A stretch of DNA of 64,000 bases from an uncultured cyanobacterium (GCA_963744145.1 CAVUSO010000001.1:5472001-5536000); one strand, 5' to 3'; positions 1 to 10,604 are shown, counted from the stretch's first letter. A program made the numbers and translations. The notes: generated from the letters alone by a model not told the origin.

Positions 1-33
1 GGTGACGATAAGTACAAAAACGCAGATCTCCAT
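1..33 (-). CDS. Possible 5' end of a gene running off the window (MEICVFVLIVT...)
   Basis: ATG at 33 on the minus strand with an AAGGGGG SD-like sequence upstream; only 11 codons visible. Confidence 0.35.
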   Translation of the reverse strand, partial: MEICVFVLIVT

Positions 34-232
34 ACTCACATCCCCCTTGACGAATTAACTCGATCGCCAATTGAGCTAATTGAGTCATCTTCCCTGGAGT
101 TTTCACGTTAGTAATTTGTGGTGTAACTAGCATGATATTATTTATTTTCTGAGTTTGATTCTATTATACAGCCTATTCCAGGTTTATGAAGTTCATCAAG
201 GTGATCTGTGGGGCAGGGCGGGTTCATTAATA

Positions 233-278
233 CCTCGACTACCCTTCGACTACGCTCAGGGCAAGCGCTCGGCACAAG
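233..278 (+). repeat. Small dispersed repeat CCCTTCGACTACGCTCAGGGCAAG (242-265) nested inside a related unit CCTCGACTA|CGCTCGGCACAAG
   Basis: Read directly; the same unit forms the array at 48004-48169. Confidence 0.8.
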
Positions 279-521
279 GGTTATTTGTGTGTAGCAAGTT
301 CATCGGTGAACCCTACAGAGATTCACCAAAAAATCGATCAGGATTAGAGGATGACAAGATTAACAGGATTTGTAGGGGCAGGTGAATGAATTTATGATCA
401 CAATCAACCGGGATTTGTAGGGGCAGGTTCACCAATCAATTCTGCTCCAAACCGATCACGGACAGGCAAGATGCCTGTCCCACTCATAAACCTGCCCAAC
501 CAATACAGATCACTCACAAGC

Positions 522-678
522 CAATACGGTTCGTTTAAGGATATTTTGGGAGATATCGACGGAAGAAGGGCGAAGCATTCGGACATAATATTAACGGGTT
601 TAAGCAATAAATTATCGCCCGAATGCTATGCCTCCGGCACGCTACGCGAACGCCCCTACACTTAACCGAACCGTATTG
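522..678. mobile_element. 157-bp MITE with 18-bp TIRs and a 10-bp target duplication (Nezha-like)
   Basis: CAATACGGTTCGTTTAAG (522-539) and CTTAACCGAACCGTATTG (661-678) are 17/18 inverted repeats; ACTCACAAGC occurs at both 512-521 and 679-688. Confidence 0.9.
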
Positions 679-809
679 ACTCACAAGCGACTTTAACCGA
701 TCGCAATTCATGCTAAATCTTACTGTACTTCATCAACCACCGAATCCGCTGTATCGCCATTCTCTCAGAGTTGGCAACTATTTTCGCGACTAGATTGGTT
801 GACTCATCC

Positions 810-3458
810 TTAACTATTATAGACAAAAACTGGTAAATAAACAGTAAAAGTAGAGCCTTGCTCCATATCGCTTTCTGCGATAATATCTCCTCCCATCATT
901 TGACAAAAGCTGAGACTATTAGCAAGTCCTAATCCTGTACCACCATAAATCCGTTTAGTTAAATCTAGATGACCCGGATATGCTTCAAAAATTGTTTTGA
1001 GTTGTTCTACTGTAATTTTTGTCTCCAGATCATTAATTGAGAAGCGAATCCATTCTAGATTATTTTCGCTGGCGTGATGATGTCCAAAAGGAGCAATTTG
1101 ATTGCTTCTTGACTGAGTATTAAGAACGCGAAAATCCGGATTATGTTCCTGGATAATATCCAATTTGATTGTACTCCCATGACTAGATTTAGCTGCATGA
1201 TTAAGTAAATTAATCAGAATCTGCTTGACTTTTTCTCGATCAGCATACATATTGATAATTGCTGGAGAAAAGTTAATCTGTAACGAGTTTTGATTAGCTT
1301 TAAATAACGGTTCAATTGAGTTTTTAACTTCCTGAATTAATCCCGATACATCAAAGTAAGCAGGATGAAACTTAATCCGGTTTAATTCAATATTTGATAA
1401 GTCAACGATATCGTTAATTACCGCTAATAATTCTTTACCAGATGTATTAATCGATTGCAGATCACTGAGAAATTCCGGTGTCACTGATTCAAATGCTTGA
1501 GCATCTTCTTGGAGCAATTCACTATAACCGATAATCGCTGTTAATGGTGTCCGTAATTCGTGGCTCATATTAGCAAGAAAGTTGCTTTTAGCTTCATTAG
1601 CTGCATCAGCTGCTGATTTAGCTGCATATAATTCTGTTTCACCTTTTTTCCGTTCACTAATATCACGAGCAAAAATACAATTGTATTCTTTATTGTTAAA
1701 TTTTAAATAACTAACGGTGATTTCTACAGGAAATGGTTCTCCTACTTTCGGACAATGATAGGATTCTAATCTGACGGAACCAAATTCTTTAATTTCTTCC
1801 CAATAATCGGGCCAAACTTCCGGAGGAAAATCAGGGTTGATATCATGTAATGTTAAGGAAACCAGCTCTGCTAGAGTATAACCTAAAGATAGACAAGCGG
1901 CATCATTAACGTAGAAAAATTGACCATTTTTGGTCACCCAAAAGATCGCATCCGCTGCTTGATTAACAGCAAATTGGGTAAATTGTAAAACTTCTTCAAC
2001 TCGTTCCCGATGGACAATTTCTTCTTCTAGTTGCTCGATCGCTGTGGTTAAATCTGCGGTTCGCTCTTCTACTCTTAATTCTAATTCTTCATTCGCTTGT
2101 TGCAGTGCAGCTTCGATTTGTTTGCGTACCGTAATATCAAACCCAATGAAAACTGCTGCTTGTCCTTGCATATATTTGTGAGCAACTACTAAAAAATGTC
2201 GCGGTTCTCCCCCAACTATTGTTTCAATTTCGTGACTATCTTCGATCGCTGGACTGGCAAAAAATTGGGGTACTAAATCATTAAATTTAGGACTACCGGA
2301 GAGAAATCCGATTTTTTTACCAATAAAATCTTCGGGGGAGCATTTGAAGGTTTGTGCTAAGTATCCATTTACCCCCAAATAAATTAAATCCGAATTAAAC
2401 CAGGAAATACAACCTGGTACAGCATCTAAAACAGCTTGTAATTGATCGAGAGTTTTTTCTAATTCAGCTTTAGCATGGGTGCGATCGTAAGTTCCTAATA
2501 CTAATGCTGCATAATCACCGATCGACGCAGCAAAATGTTGTTCTCCTAATTTCCATTTTCGAGCTGGACCAATATGTTCACAACATAAAAACCCGACTAA
2601 TTGTCCCTCGATCCGAATTGGTACAGCTAACATTGAGGTAATTTCGATCGGAATTAAATCTGATTCTAAAAATTCGGCTACTTTTGCATCAGTTTTAACA
2701 TCATTAATGATGATTACCCTTTCTTGTTCTAACAGGTGCAAATAATTTCTCAACTTAGCAGTTGCTAGTTCTTTTCCGCTAGAATGATCTTTGGTACTTT
2801 TCTCGTATAACTCAATACAATATAAATGAGTATTAGTCGCAGAACTGGGTTGCTTTGCGATTCCACTTTCCTTGACTAATTCTAGATTTCCCCATAACCA
2901 TAAGCTGACTTTTTCTATATCTAAAGTTCGGGATGTAGCTTCAGTAATTTCCTGTAAAGCAGCTTTTAAATCTCTGCTATTTTGGGTTTTGCTCCGCGCT
3001 AGTTCTACTAAAACTCGTTCCTGTTGACGTAGTTCGATTTCATTCGCATGGATTTGAGCAATATCAGCAATAGGTATAGGTTGAGTTTCTGTTGCTAAGA
3101 CAATTAATCCTCCAATTTCACTATTGGAATTAGTCCAAGGAGAGATTTCCCATTTGATTCTGATCAAATTGGTTTCTGTTTGATATTCTTCTTCCCACTT
3201 TTCTACTTTTCCAGTTAAACTAGAAGTACAAACTTTTTGCCATTGCTCAGAATCGATCACTAAATGATGCGGTTTTCCCCAGGATGGACGAATTTCTTTG
3301 AGCGATCGCCCAATTAATTTTTCTGGAGCTATACCACACTGTTTCATCCACTGTGTACTTGTGAGCAAATAACGCAGTTTATGATCTACCATTGCGATCG
3401 CAATTGGTAAAGATTGTAACAACTGTGCAAATAGTTCTGGGGAATTGGGAGCATACAT
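810..3458 (-). CDS. PAS-GAF-PAS-PAS sensor histidine kinase with a degenerate ATPase domain
   Basis: H-box FLANMSHELRTPL and G2 GGTGLGL present; PAS and GAF motifs; N and G1 boxes altered. Confidence 0.9.
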   Translation of the reverse strand: MYAPNSPELFAQLLQSLPIAIAMVDHKLRYLLTSTQWMKQCGIAPEKLIGRSLKEIRPSWGKPHHLVIDSEQWQKVCTSSLTGKVEKWEEEYQTETNLIRIKWEISPWTNSNSEIGGLIVLATETQPIPIADIAQIHANEIELRQQERVLVELARSKTQNSRDLKAALQEITEATSRTLDIEKVSLWLWGNLELVKESGIAKQPSSATNTHLYCIELYEKSTKDHSSGKELATAKLRNYLHLLEQERVIIINDVKTDAKVAEFLESDLIPIEITSMLAVPIRIEGQLVGFLCCEHIGPARKWKLGEQHFAASIGDYAALVLGTYDRTHAKAELEKTLDQLQAVLDAVPGCISWFNSDLIYLGVNGYLAQTFKCSPEDFIGKKIGFLSGSPKFNDLVPQFFASPAIEDSHEIETIVGGEPRHFLVVAHKYMQGQAAVFIGFDITVRKQIEAALQQANEELELRVEERTADLTTAIEQLEEEIVHRERVEEVLQFTQFAVNQAADAIFWVTKNGQFFYVNDAACLSLGYTLAELVSLTLHDINPDFPPEVWPDYWEEIKEFGSVRLESYHCPKVGEPFPVEITVSYLKFNNKEYNCIFARDISERKKGETELYAAKSAADAANEAKSNFLANMSHELRTPLTAIIGYSELLQEDAQAFESVTPEFLSDLQSINTSGKELLAVINDIVDLSNIELNRIKFHPAYFDVSGLIQEVKNSIEPLFKANQNSLQINFSPAIINMYADREKVKQILINLLNHAAKSSHGSTIKLDIIQEHNPDFRVLNTQSRSNQIAPFGHHHASENNLEWIRFSINDLETKITVEQLKTIFEAYPGHLDLTKRIYGGTGLGLANSLSFCQMMGGDIIAESDMEQGSTFTVYLPVFVYNS

Positions 3459-3503
3459 AATTAGATTCCATTTTCTGATTGTTGAATTCAGCCCAATCTC
3501 AAG

Positions 3504-4673
3504 TTATAGATCGACTATTGCTTGTAAACCTCGTACTAATCTACCAATTCCTGCTACTACGGTTTCTTTTTGTAAAGACCCATAAGCGATCCGCACATAA
3601 CAACCATTTTCCATCCCAAAGGTGGTGCCGGGAATGACTGCTACCTGATATTCTCTAATTAGGCGCTCTACTAACTCCATTGTGGGTATGTTACTATAAA
3701 TTTTAACGAGAAAATAAAATGCTCCATTAGCGGTGGGTATATAGCATAAATGTTGAATTTTGTCAAGTTCATGGAGGACAATCTCGCGAACTTGGGCGAT
3801 CGCGTTTAATTTGTCACGACAATAACTTTTACCAGCTTGTAAGGCTCCTAAAGCAGCATATTGGGAAATTACAGGTGGACAGATTAAAATTGTATCTTGG
3901 ATTTTATTAACTGACAGGAGGAGATGGGGAGGAATGACCATATAGCCTATTCTCCATCCTGCGAAACCGTATGCTTTAGATAGGGTGAAAAGTGAAATTG
4001 TATATTCGCTACTATTTGGGATGCTACCAGGAGAAAAATGTGGGGTGTCGTTGTAAGTAAAATATTCATAAGCTTCATCATGGATATGATAAATATTATA
4101 CACTCGGCAAATTTCATTGATTTCTGTTAAGATTTCTCGCGGGTAAACCGCACCAGTCGGATTATTAGGTGAAATGGTCACGATCGCTCGGGTTTTGGGA
4201 GTGATTGCTTGTTTAATTATTTGTGGTTGCAATTGATAATTTTCATCAGTTGGGACAAGTACCGGGTGACAATTAGCCATAGTAATGGCCATCTCATGAT
4301 TAAAATAATAAGGTATTTGCAGGATAATTTCGTCACCGGGATTAGCGATCGCGAGGATCGTATTCATAAATGCCATATTACTCCCAGCTGTGATCACGAG
4401 GCAATTTTGGTGATTGATCGTGATCCGGTTCTCAGCTTGAAGTTTATCGGAAATGGCATTTAATAAACTCGGAATCCCAATTACTGGTTTATATTTATGA
4501 TTGTCTAAATTAGCTAGAAATAGAGGAATTTGCGCGATCGCTTGTGGTGGTGGTCCATAATATACCACTCCCTGTCCTAAAGAAATTGTACCGGGATGAT
4601 TCCGGATTAATTCTGCGACAATAGGAATGATGGGAGACTGAACCAACTGCATGCGGTAGATTTCACTTTTCAT
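3504..4673 (-). CDS. Class I/II PLP-dependent aminotransferase
   Basis: SPNNPTG, DEAY and SKAYGFAGWRIG motifs. Confidence 0.92.
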   Translation of the reverse strand: MKSEIYRMQLVQSPIIPIVAELIRNHPGTISLGQGVVYYGPPPQAIAQIPLFLANLDNHKYKPVIGIPSLLNAISDKLQAENRITINHQNCLVITAGSNMAFMNTILAIANPGDEIILQIPYYFNHEMAITMANCHPVLVPTDENYQLQPQIIKQAITPKTRAIVTISPNNPTGAVYPREILTEINEICRVYNIYHIHDEAYEYFTYNDTPHFSPGSIPNSSEYTISLFTLSKAYGFAGWRIGYMVIPPHLLLSVNKIQDTILICPPVISQYAALGALQAGKSYCRDKLNAIAQVREIVLHELDKIQHLCYIPTANGAFYFLVKIYSNIPTMELVERLIREYQVAVIPGTTFGMENGCYVRIAYGSLQKETVVAGIGRLVRGLQAIVDL

Positions 4674-5494
4674 ATTACGATCTTTGGGTGTTTAAATTGA
4701 TAACCTGCTACTTGCAATTTTTGATTTGATACTCGCGCATTATAAGGACGATCGCTAACCAGATTAGTATCCCAAGTTACGGGGGGTAACCCATTTTTTG
4801 CTAAGACTCCATCAATCAATTCTCGATTTGTTAATTCTCCATGATCGACCAAGTTATAAATACCTTGTAATCGATGTTGACGGGCAAATTCGATCGCGCC
4901 AACAATATCATCAAGATGTATCCAATTAGTTGCTTCTGCACCATTTCCAGCGCGAGTAGTACCTGCAATCCGTCCAAAGATTTTTACTAATTCCCGTGAT
5001 GGTCCATAAATTCCTCCTAACCGAAATATACAAACCTTCAGGTTTGCTGAAGATACTGATAATAATAATTGCTCGACTTGTGCTAAAATTTCGCCATTGC
5101 GATTTGCTGGTGCTAAAGATGAGTTTTCATCTACCCATGCACCTTTTCGGTCACCATAAACAGCATAACTACCTGTATAAATTAACTGTCGCACTTCTGG
5201 ATGTTGTTTTAAAACTCCGATCAGAGTTTTGGCGGTATTTAAGTAGGTTTCTTCATAGAGATTGGCATTTTTAGCACCAATACTTAACAAAATTGTATCT
5301 TGATTTTGGACTACAGATGCTAACCCAACTTGATCATTACCCTCAACGACTATTACCCGATCCGCGATCGCTTCTAATTCCCTTACTTTAGTGGGACTAG
5401 TTGTCGTTACGGTTACGGACAATTTTAAATCTTGATACCAGTAACAAGCAACTTTTTTACCGACATAACCACAGCCAATAATTGCCACATTCAT
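4670..5494 (-). CDS. Atypical SDR / NAD-dependent epimerase family protein
   Basis: IIGCGYVG Rossmann motif; RLGGIYGP; NWIHLDDI. Confidence 0.9.
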   Translation of the reverse strand: MNVAIIGCGYVGKKVACYWYQDLKLSVTVTTTSPTKVRELEAIADRVIVVEGNDQVGLASVVQNQDTILLSIGAKNANLYEETYLNTAKTLIGVLKQHPEVRQLIYTGSYAVYGDRKGAWVDENSSLAPANRNGEILAQVEQLLLSVSSANLKVCIFRLGGIYGPSRELVKIFGRIAGTTRAGNGAEATNWIHLDDIVGAIEFARQHRLQGIYNLVDHGELTNRELIDGVLAKNGLPPVTWDTNLVSDRPYNARVSNQKLQVAGYQFKHPKIVI

Positions 5495-5527
5495 TGTTAA
5501 TCACCAAAATATATTACTATCTTATTG

Positions 5528-5965
5528 CTAGTTACCTCTTGATGGTTCTTCACTAAATAGATCAAGAGGTAAATGACCATACATATCCCTAATTCCTTCA
5601 TCCCTACTAGATTGACAAGATACTAAGACTCCACGATGATTACCTAAATAGGATTCAGCATAACATAATCCCGTTTTGGGGTTAAATTTTAGATAAATTG
5701 GTCCGGGAATGTGAGGAATTTTTTGGTTGACTTCATACCCAAGGAATTTGGTATAAGCTGTTAAAGCAAGTAATCCTTCCTCGATGGTATTAGCACAAAT
5801 CCCAAAAATTTGGTAATCTGATTGACTGGTTAGCAACAATAAAGCTGTCCGAATTAGCATTTTATTTGGGATTTCCTCGGTTGGGTGATCTGTTATCCGA
5901 TCGAAGCTCTTGAGAATTTTTTGAGCTGTGGTAATATTCATGAAGGTCGAATTTGGTAGGGACAT
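5528..5965 (-). CDS. Conserved cyanobacterial protein (DUF1824-like)
   Basis: GICA, YLKFN, RGVLVSCQS and YGHLPLDLF motifs. Confidence 0.75.
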   Translation of the reverse strand: MSLPNSTFMNITTAQKILKSFDRITDHPTEEIPNKMLIRTALLLLTSQSDYQIFGICANTIEEGLLALTAYTKFLGYEVNQKIPHIPGPIYLKFNPKTGLCYAESYLGNHRGVLVSCQSSRDEGIRDMYGHLPLDLFSEEPSRGN

Positions 5966-6137
5966 AGACTTGGTGGGATGAGGTTTCTAGTATTTTACTA
6001 TAGTCTGTGGTTAAATTTGTCTGGTTAATGATATTCTGGATCGATCAGCAAAGCAAGTTGGGTTAAGATTGAGGTAATCTATCTTAATAATTAAGTCGAT
6101 CGCTGTATAATCATATATTTGGTCGAGGAAAAAATAG

Positions 6138-7589
6138 ATGTTAATTCGCTTAAATCTCAGAGGAAAACTATTAGCAGGATATACTGTTCCCATGATATTA
6201 TTGTTAGGTATAGCTGGGATAGTTTACAGTAATGGTAAACAAGTAGCTAAGACATTTATAGAAGTTGAGAGGGTACAAGCTCTTTTAATTGAAAGCAATA
6301 AAATGTCTTTGGCTACGGAAGGAATGATTCGGAGTGCTAGGGGCTATATGATTGATAAAAATGAATCATTTCTCAAAGAATATCAGCAAAATATAGATGC
6401 AGCAAAAACAGCAGCTAAGTCAGCCGAGCCATTAATTAAAATCCCTGCTCAGAAAAAAAGTCTTGATGAAATGGTGCAACAAATTAATTTATATGAAGAT
6501 TTTCATAATCAAATTATTCAGTTGCTCGAAAATGGTAAACAAGCCGAGGCTTTACAAGCATTTAAAAGTGGGAAAGGAACTAGTTTTGTCCGTAAATTTG
6601 AGCAATTAAATCGGGATTTTAACAAAATTGAGCAACAGGTACTTAATCAAGAAACTAACAAAACTAAAGCTGATATGAATTTATTAATTTTAGTGACGCT
6701 GGGGGGATTTTTATTAATAATAATTTTTAAGATATCTTTTGTTTTATTACTTTCAGCAACCGTCACTCAGACAATTAATCAAGTCATCAATTCCATCGCT
6801 TCATCTTCAACAGAAATTGCGACAACGGTGGAAGAGCAAGAGCGAATTGCTAGTCAGCAAGCTGCTTCGGTACATGAAACTACTAGCACAATGGATGAGT
6901 TGGGTGCATCCTCTAGAGTGACAGCTGAACAAGCAGAATCAGCTGCGGTAGCGACCCAACAAACATTACAGTTAGCTGAAACTGGAATTCATGCGGTAGA
7001 TCAGACTTTAGAAAAAATGGAAATGTTAAAAAATAAAGTAACCGCGATCGCTGAACAGATTGAGCGTTTGACTATTCATACTAGCCAAATTGGTAATATT
7101 AACAGTTTAGTCAGGGACTTAGCTAACCAAACAAATATGTTAGCACTAAATGCTGCGGTAGAAGCAGTACGTGCTGGAGAACATGGGAAAGGTTTTGGAG
7201 TAGTAGCACTCGAAATTCGCAAATTAGCTGACCAAAGTAAAAAATCGGCGGAAAAAATTAGTAATTTGATCGATGATATTCAAGTCTCTATTAATGCGAC
7301 AGTAAAGGTTACTGGTGAAGGAAAAACAACTGTAGATGAAGGGTTACAGATTACCCAAAAAACCGCCGCAGTCTTTACTGATGTATCTGATGCAATTAAC
7401 AGTATTGTAGTCAGCACTCAACAAATTTCTTTTACTGCTAAAGAACAAGCGATCGCGGTTCAACAAGTTATCGATGCGATGAATAATATTAATCAAGGAG
7501 CTGTCGAATCGGCGACAGGAATTACTCAAACCAAAATCGGTACTCAAAAATTAAATGAAGCAGCTTTGAGTTTGAAAGCAATTGTCTAA
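6138..7589 (+). CDS. Methyl-accepting chemotaxis protein with a CHASE3-like sensor
   Basis: Two TM segments; signalling hairpin LANQTNMLALNAAVEAVRAGEHGKGFGVVA. Confidence 0.93.
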   Translation: MLIRLNLRGKLLAGYTVPMILLLGIAGIVYSNGKQVAKTFIEVERVQALLIESNKMSLATEGMIRSARGYMIDKNESFLKEYQQNIDAAKTAAKSAEPLIKIPAQKKSLDEMVQQINLYEDFHNQIIQLLENGKQAEALQAFKSGKGTSFVRKFEQLNRDFNKIEQQVLNQETNKTKADMNLLILVTLGGFLLIIIFKISFVLLLSATVTQTINQVINSIASSSTEIATTVEEQERIASQQAASVHETTSTMDELGASSRVTAEQAESAAVATQQTLQLAETGIHAVDQTLEKMEMLKNKVTAIAEQIERLTIHTSQIGNINSLVRDLANQTNMLALNAAVEAVRAGEHGKGFGVVALEIRKLADQSKKSAEKISNLIDDIQVSINATVKVTGEGKTTVDEGLQITQKTAAVFTDVSDAINSIVVSTQQISFTAKEQAIAVQQVIDAMNNINQGAVESATGITQTKIGTQKLNEAALSLKAIV

Positions 7590-7660
7590 GCGATCATCAC
7601 AAATTGATTGAGGATTGGAAGAATTAATTTCTAATTTGGCGATCGCTTAAGTAAGTCTAG

Positions 7661-9241
7661 CTAATCATGGAACAAAGTTTGGATGATTTGGTCAAAATCG
7701 CGACCATAGACTTGTTGACCATATTCTTCCCATGCTTGCTCAGAAATATAGGGCGATCGCATCACAGTAGCTTGTTGAATACTCACCATAAAAGAACGAC
7801 GTAGATTCTGATATTTCTCAAAAGCTTGCTCTATTGCTTTTAGATCATTCCCAAGGTTTTTCTGGGCAAGATCGGCAATTAAAGCTGTTACGATCATCCC
7901 ATCTTCTAATCCTTGATTTGCTCCTTGAGCCATAAATGGGGGCATTCCATGGGCAGCATCTCCAACTAAAACGGCTCTTCCTCTATACCAATTTGGTTGA
8001 TTTTCAGTTGAAAAATCTACTGAATTTAAGCAAGCTGTATTTGGAAACTGAAGCGAATCAGAAAGTGTACTACGGTGAATATAAAATGGACGCTTATAGA
8101 CAAGCTCTGGGGGAGAGTTTCCTACTAATTGTTTAATTGCATCAGGAAAACCATTTTGTTCTAGGATTGACAATACTACATCAATCAATTTCCTGCCCGA
8201 TTTAGTTTGTAACAAGTCAAAAGAAAAAGGTAAATGAATAACATATCCAGGTTGATAATTAGATATTTGAAATAAAATTAGCCTAGGGCTGATCATATTG
8301 GTAGTATGATCAGCACAAAGATCGGAACTGATAGTCACAACTCGTTCATTGTGAAAAAATGTTTGCTGAAGCTCTTGCAAAATAGCTGTAGATAAATTGG
8401 GTATATATTGACATCCGATCGCTGCAAATCCACTATATTCAGGTTTGGCGAAAATTTCATACTGACTATTTTGATACAGCGATTTCCGCACTTGAGAATT
8501 AATTCCATCTGCTGCTACAAGTAGCTTACTACGAATCGATTTCAGGTTTAGTTGTTGGGGATCATTTTCTGAATTATTAAGTTGATTCTCTAAAGATTTT
8601 TGGGGATTTTCCCAATGAGCATAGGGATTTAATTCTAGGTTGCTGCTAGAAACACAATCGACGCTGATCCAGTCTAACTCAGGATCATCTACGACATTGA
8701 TACAGCGATGGTTTGCTTGGACTTGTGCTGATGGTAATAAACCTCTTAAAGTTGTCTGTAAATTATACCAGGAAATTGATATTCTTCCCTCTCCATACTG
8801 TTGGAACCAATCATCATAACTTAAAGAAATTGCATGGATCTTTTCTCCTTGAAAATTTCTTTGTATCCATTGGGGTGCAGCTTTGGGTGCAGCACTAGGG
8901 TGTTGATTTGGAGAACTGATGAAATTAGCAAACTGGGTACTAGCTTGTTTCACTGCTTCATAAGCCTTGAGCGATAAATATTTTAAGGATTGTAAACCAT
9001 TAGGAAGTAGATCAATAATTTGACCTACTTGACGAAAAGCACGAGCTTGATCAATGACAAGGATATTTTTAATTCCCCGTTGATATAACCCGATCGCAGT
9101 AGCTAATCCAACTGGACCAGCACCGACAATCAGGACATCATAGACCTGATCAGGATCTGATAAAACCGGATTTTCTTCCTTGACGACTAGGGAACTTGAT
9201 GGATTGAGTTCAAGCAGAGAATTTGGTTGAGGTTCTGACAT
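7661..9241 (-). CDS. FAD-dependent monooxygenase (aromatic hydroxylase family)
   Basis: GAGPVG, ADG and GDAAH..P..AQGANQG motifs. Confidence 0.9.
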   Translation of the reverse strand: MSEPQPNSLLELNPSSSLVVKEENPVLSDPDQVYDVLIVGAGPVGLATAIGLYQRGIKNILVIDQARAFRQVGQIIDLLPNGLQSLKYLSLKAYEAVKQASTQFANFISSPNQHPSAAPKAAPQWIQRNFQGEKIHAISLSYDDWFQQYGEGRISISWYNLQTTLRGLLPSAQVQANHRCINVVDDPELDWISVDCVSSSNLELNPYAHWENPQKSLENQLNNSENDPQQLNLKSIRSKLLVAADGINSQVRKSLYQNSQYEIFAKPEYSGFAAIGCQYIPNLSTAILQELQQTFFHNERVVTISSDLCADHTTNMISPRLILFQISNYQPGYVIHLPFSFDLLQTKSGRKLIDVVLSILEQNGFPDAIKQLVGNSPPELVYKRPFYIHRSTLSDSLQFPNTACLNSVDFSTENQPNWYRGRAVLVGDAAHGMPPFMAQGANQGLEDGMIVTALIADLAQKNLGNDLKAIEQAFEKYQNLRRSFMVSIQQATVMRSPYISEQAWEEYGQQVYGRDFDQIIQTLFHD

Positions 9242-9294
9242 GGTTGTAATAATTATTTATGATCGTAATTTTAGTTGGCTCACCTGGAATAAAA

Positions 9295-10503
9295 TTAATC
9301 ATCAGAAACTACTGCAACTGGTGATAATATTCTAGTAGTAGCAACAACTAGCAATAAGGCAACTAGAAATGCGATCGCACCTCCTAATGTGCTAGCTGTC
9401 AGAATTAGTGGTTGACTGAAAATGGCTGCAAATAAACTCATTCCAGCACTAAAACCACTAAAATATATCCCTACTCCTAATCCTCCCCAACCTGGTGGAA
9501 CCAGAGATAGGGCTAAAGGAACTGGACTATTTAAAACTAAACTGAAACAAGGAATTAGTGCGATCGCAACTAATACTCTCATCTCATTCTCCATGATTCC
9601 CATCAATAATAAAAATCCAGCAGTTGTACCCAATCCGATTAACATGGTCTGGACATTACCCCAGCGGACCGCCAATGCACCTGCGGGAATTGCTAAGATT
9701 GCTAAACCAAAACTTACTCCAAACATTAATAAATCGATCGGGATTCCTGGGATTTGGGTCTTAAACACTAAAGGGATGCTTCCCATCAATAATCGTAATC
9801 CCCAAGCGATACTTAATCCTGTGCCAAATAACAAACTTAACCCTGGAATTGAAAGTAGTTGAGTCTGACGGGAATGATCACTAATTTCTTCTATAGTTGC
9901 ATCAGGAGAAATTATCCTTAATACCCAGATCGCTCCTAATAATACGACTGAACCGATAAAAAATGGAATTCCAGGTCCAGCACTTAAAATTACTTTATCT
10001 ATAAAAGGCTTGATCGCACCAATTACTCCACCTATTAAAATTAACACACTCATCGCTTGGGGTAATTCCTTTGGAGTTGCATATTGTCCTAATAAAGCGA
10101 TCGCTGGACTCCGAAATAGGGCCATTGCTATTGTCCATAGGACCAATACTACTAACAATAACCAGTGTAAGGTCTCTCTGGGCTCCAGAAAAATAAAGAT
10201 TGCAGGAATGGCAATAAATAGAACTGAAGATAAAATCACACCGATCGCAATGAGCGGAAAACGAGTCCCCATCCACTGTCTAGTGCGATCGGACAATCCT
10301 CCCATCAGCGGTTCGATCAGAATAGCTAGAGCATCTTCTCCTATTTGTACTACTTTATCTAATCCTGGAAAACCAAAACCAGCTAGCAATTGTGGTAACC
10401 ATACCCGATAAATTAACCAGGTCAAACTAATTGCCCATTGGAGCACCATTAACCCACTAACTTGTCGCCAGAGAATTTTATCTGGGGTAGGAGAGGCTTC
10501 CAT
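9295..10503 (-). CDS. MFS transporter
   Basis: About 12 hydrophobic helices; motif A-like GGLSDR...GTR. Confidence 0.88.
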   Translation of the reverse strand: MEASPTPDKILWRQVSGLMVLQWAISLTWLIYRVWLPQLLAGFGFPGLDKVVQIGEDALAILIEPLMGGLSDRTRQWMGTRFPLIAIGVILSSVLFIAIPAIFIFLEPRETLHWLLLVVLVLWTIAMALFRSPAIALLGQYATPKELPQAMSVLILIGGVIGAIKPFIDKVILSAGPGIPFFIGSVVLLGAIWVLRIISPDATIEEISDHSRQTQLLSIPGLSLLFGTGLSIAWGLRLLMGSIPLVFKTQIPGIPIDLLMFGVSFGLAILAIPAGALAVRWGNVQTMLIGLGTTAGFLLLMGIMENEMRVLVAIALIPCFSLVLNSPVPLALSLVPPGWGGLGVGIYFSGFSAGMSLFAAIFSQPLILTASTLGGAIAFLVALLLVVATTRILSPVAVVSDD

Positions 10504-10604
10504 ATTTTTCCTTATGCTTGTAATATGGTAATAAGTTCATTATGCAAATTCTCAGGACAAAGTTAATAAAAATTAAAATTTGATTAACTTAAAAACATCA
10601 AATT

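Noticed and set aside
155..665. Short ORFs 155-385, 404-607 and 471-665
   Set aside because: They are translations of REP, MITE and small-repeat sequence
9422..10411. 146-aa and 133-aa plus-strand ORFs
   Set aside because: Antisense shadows of the MFS gene
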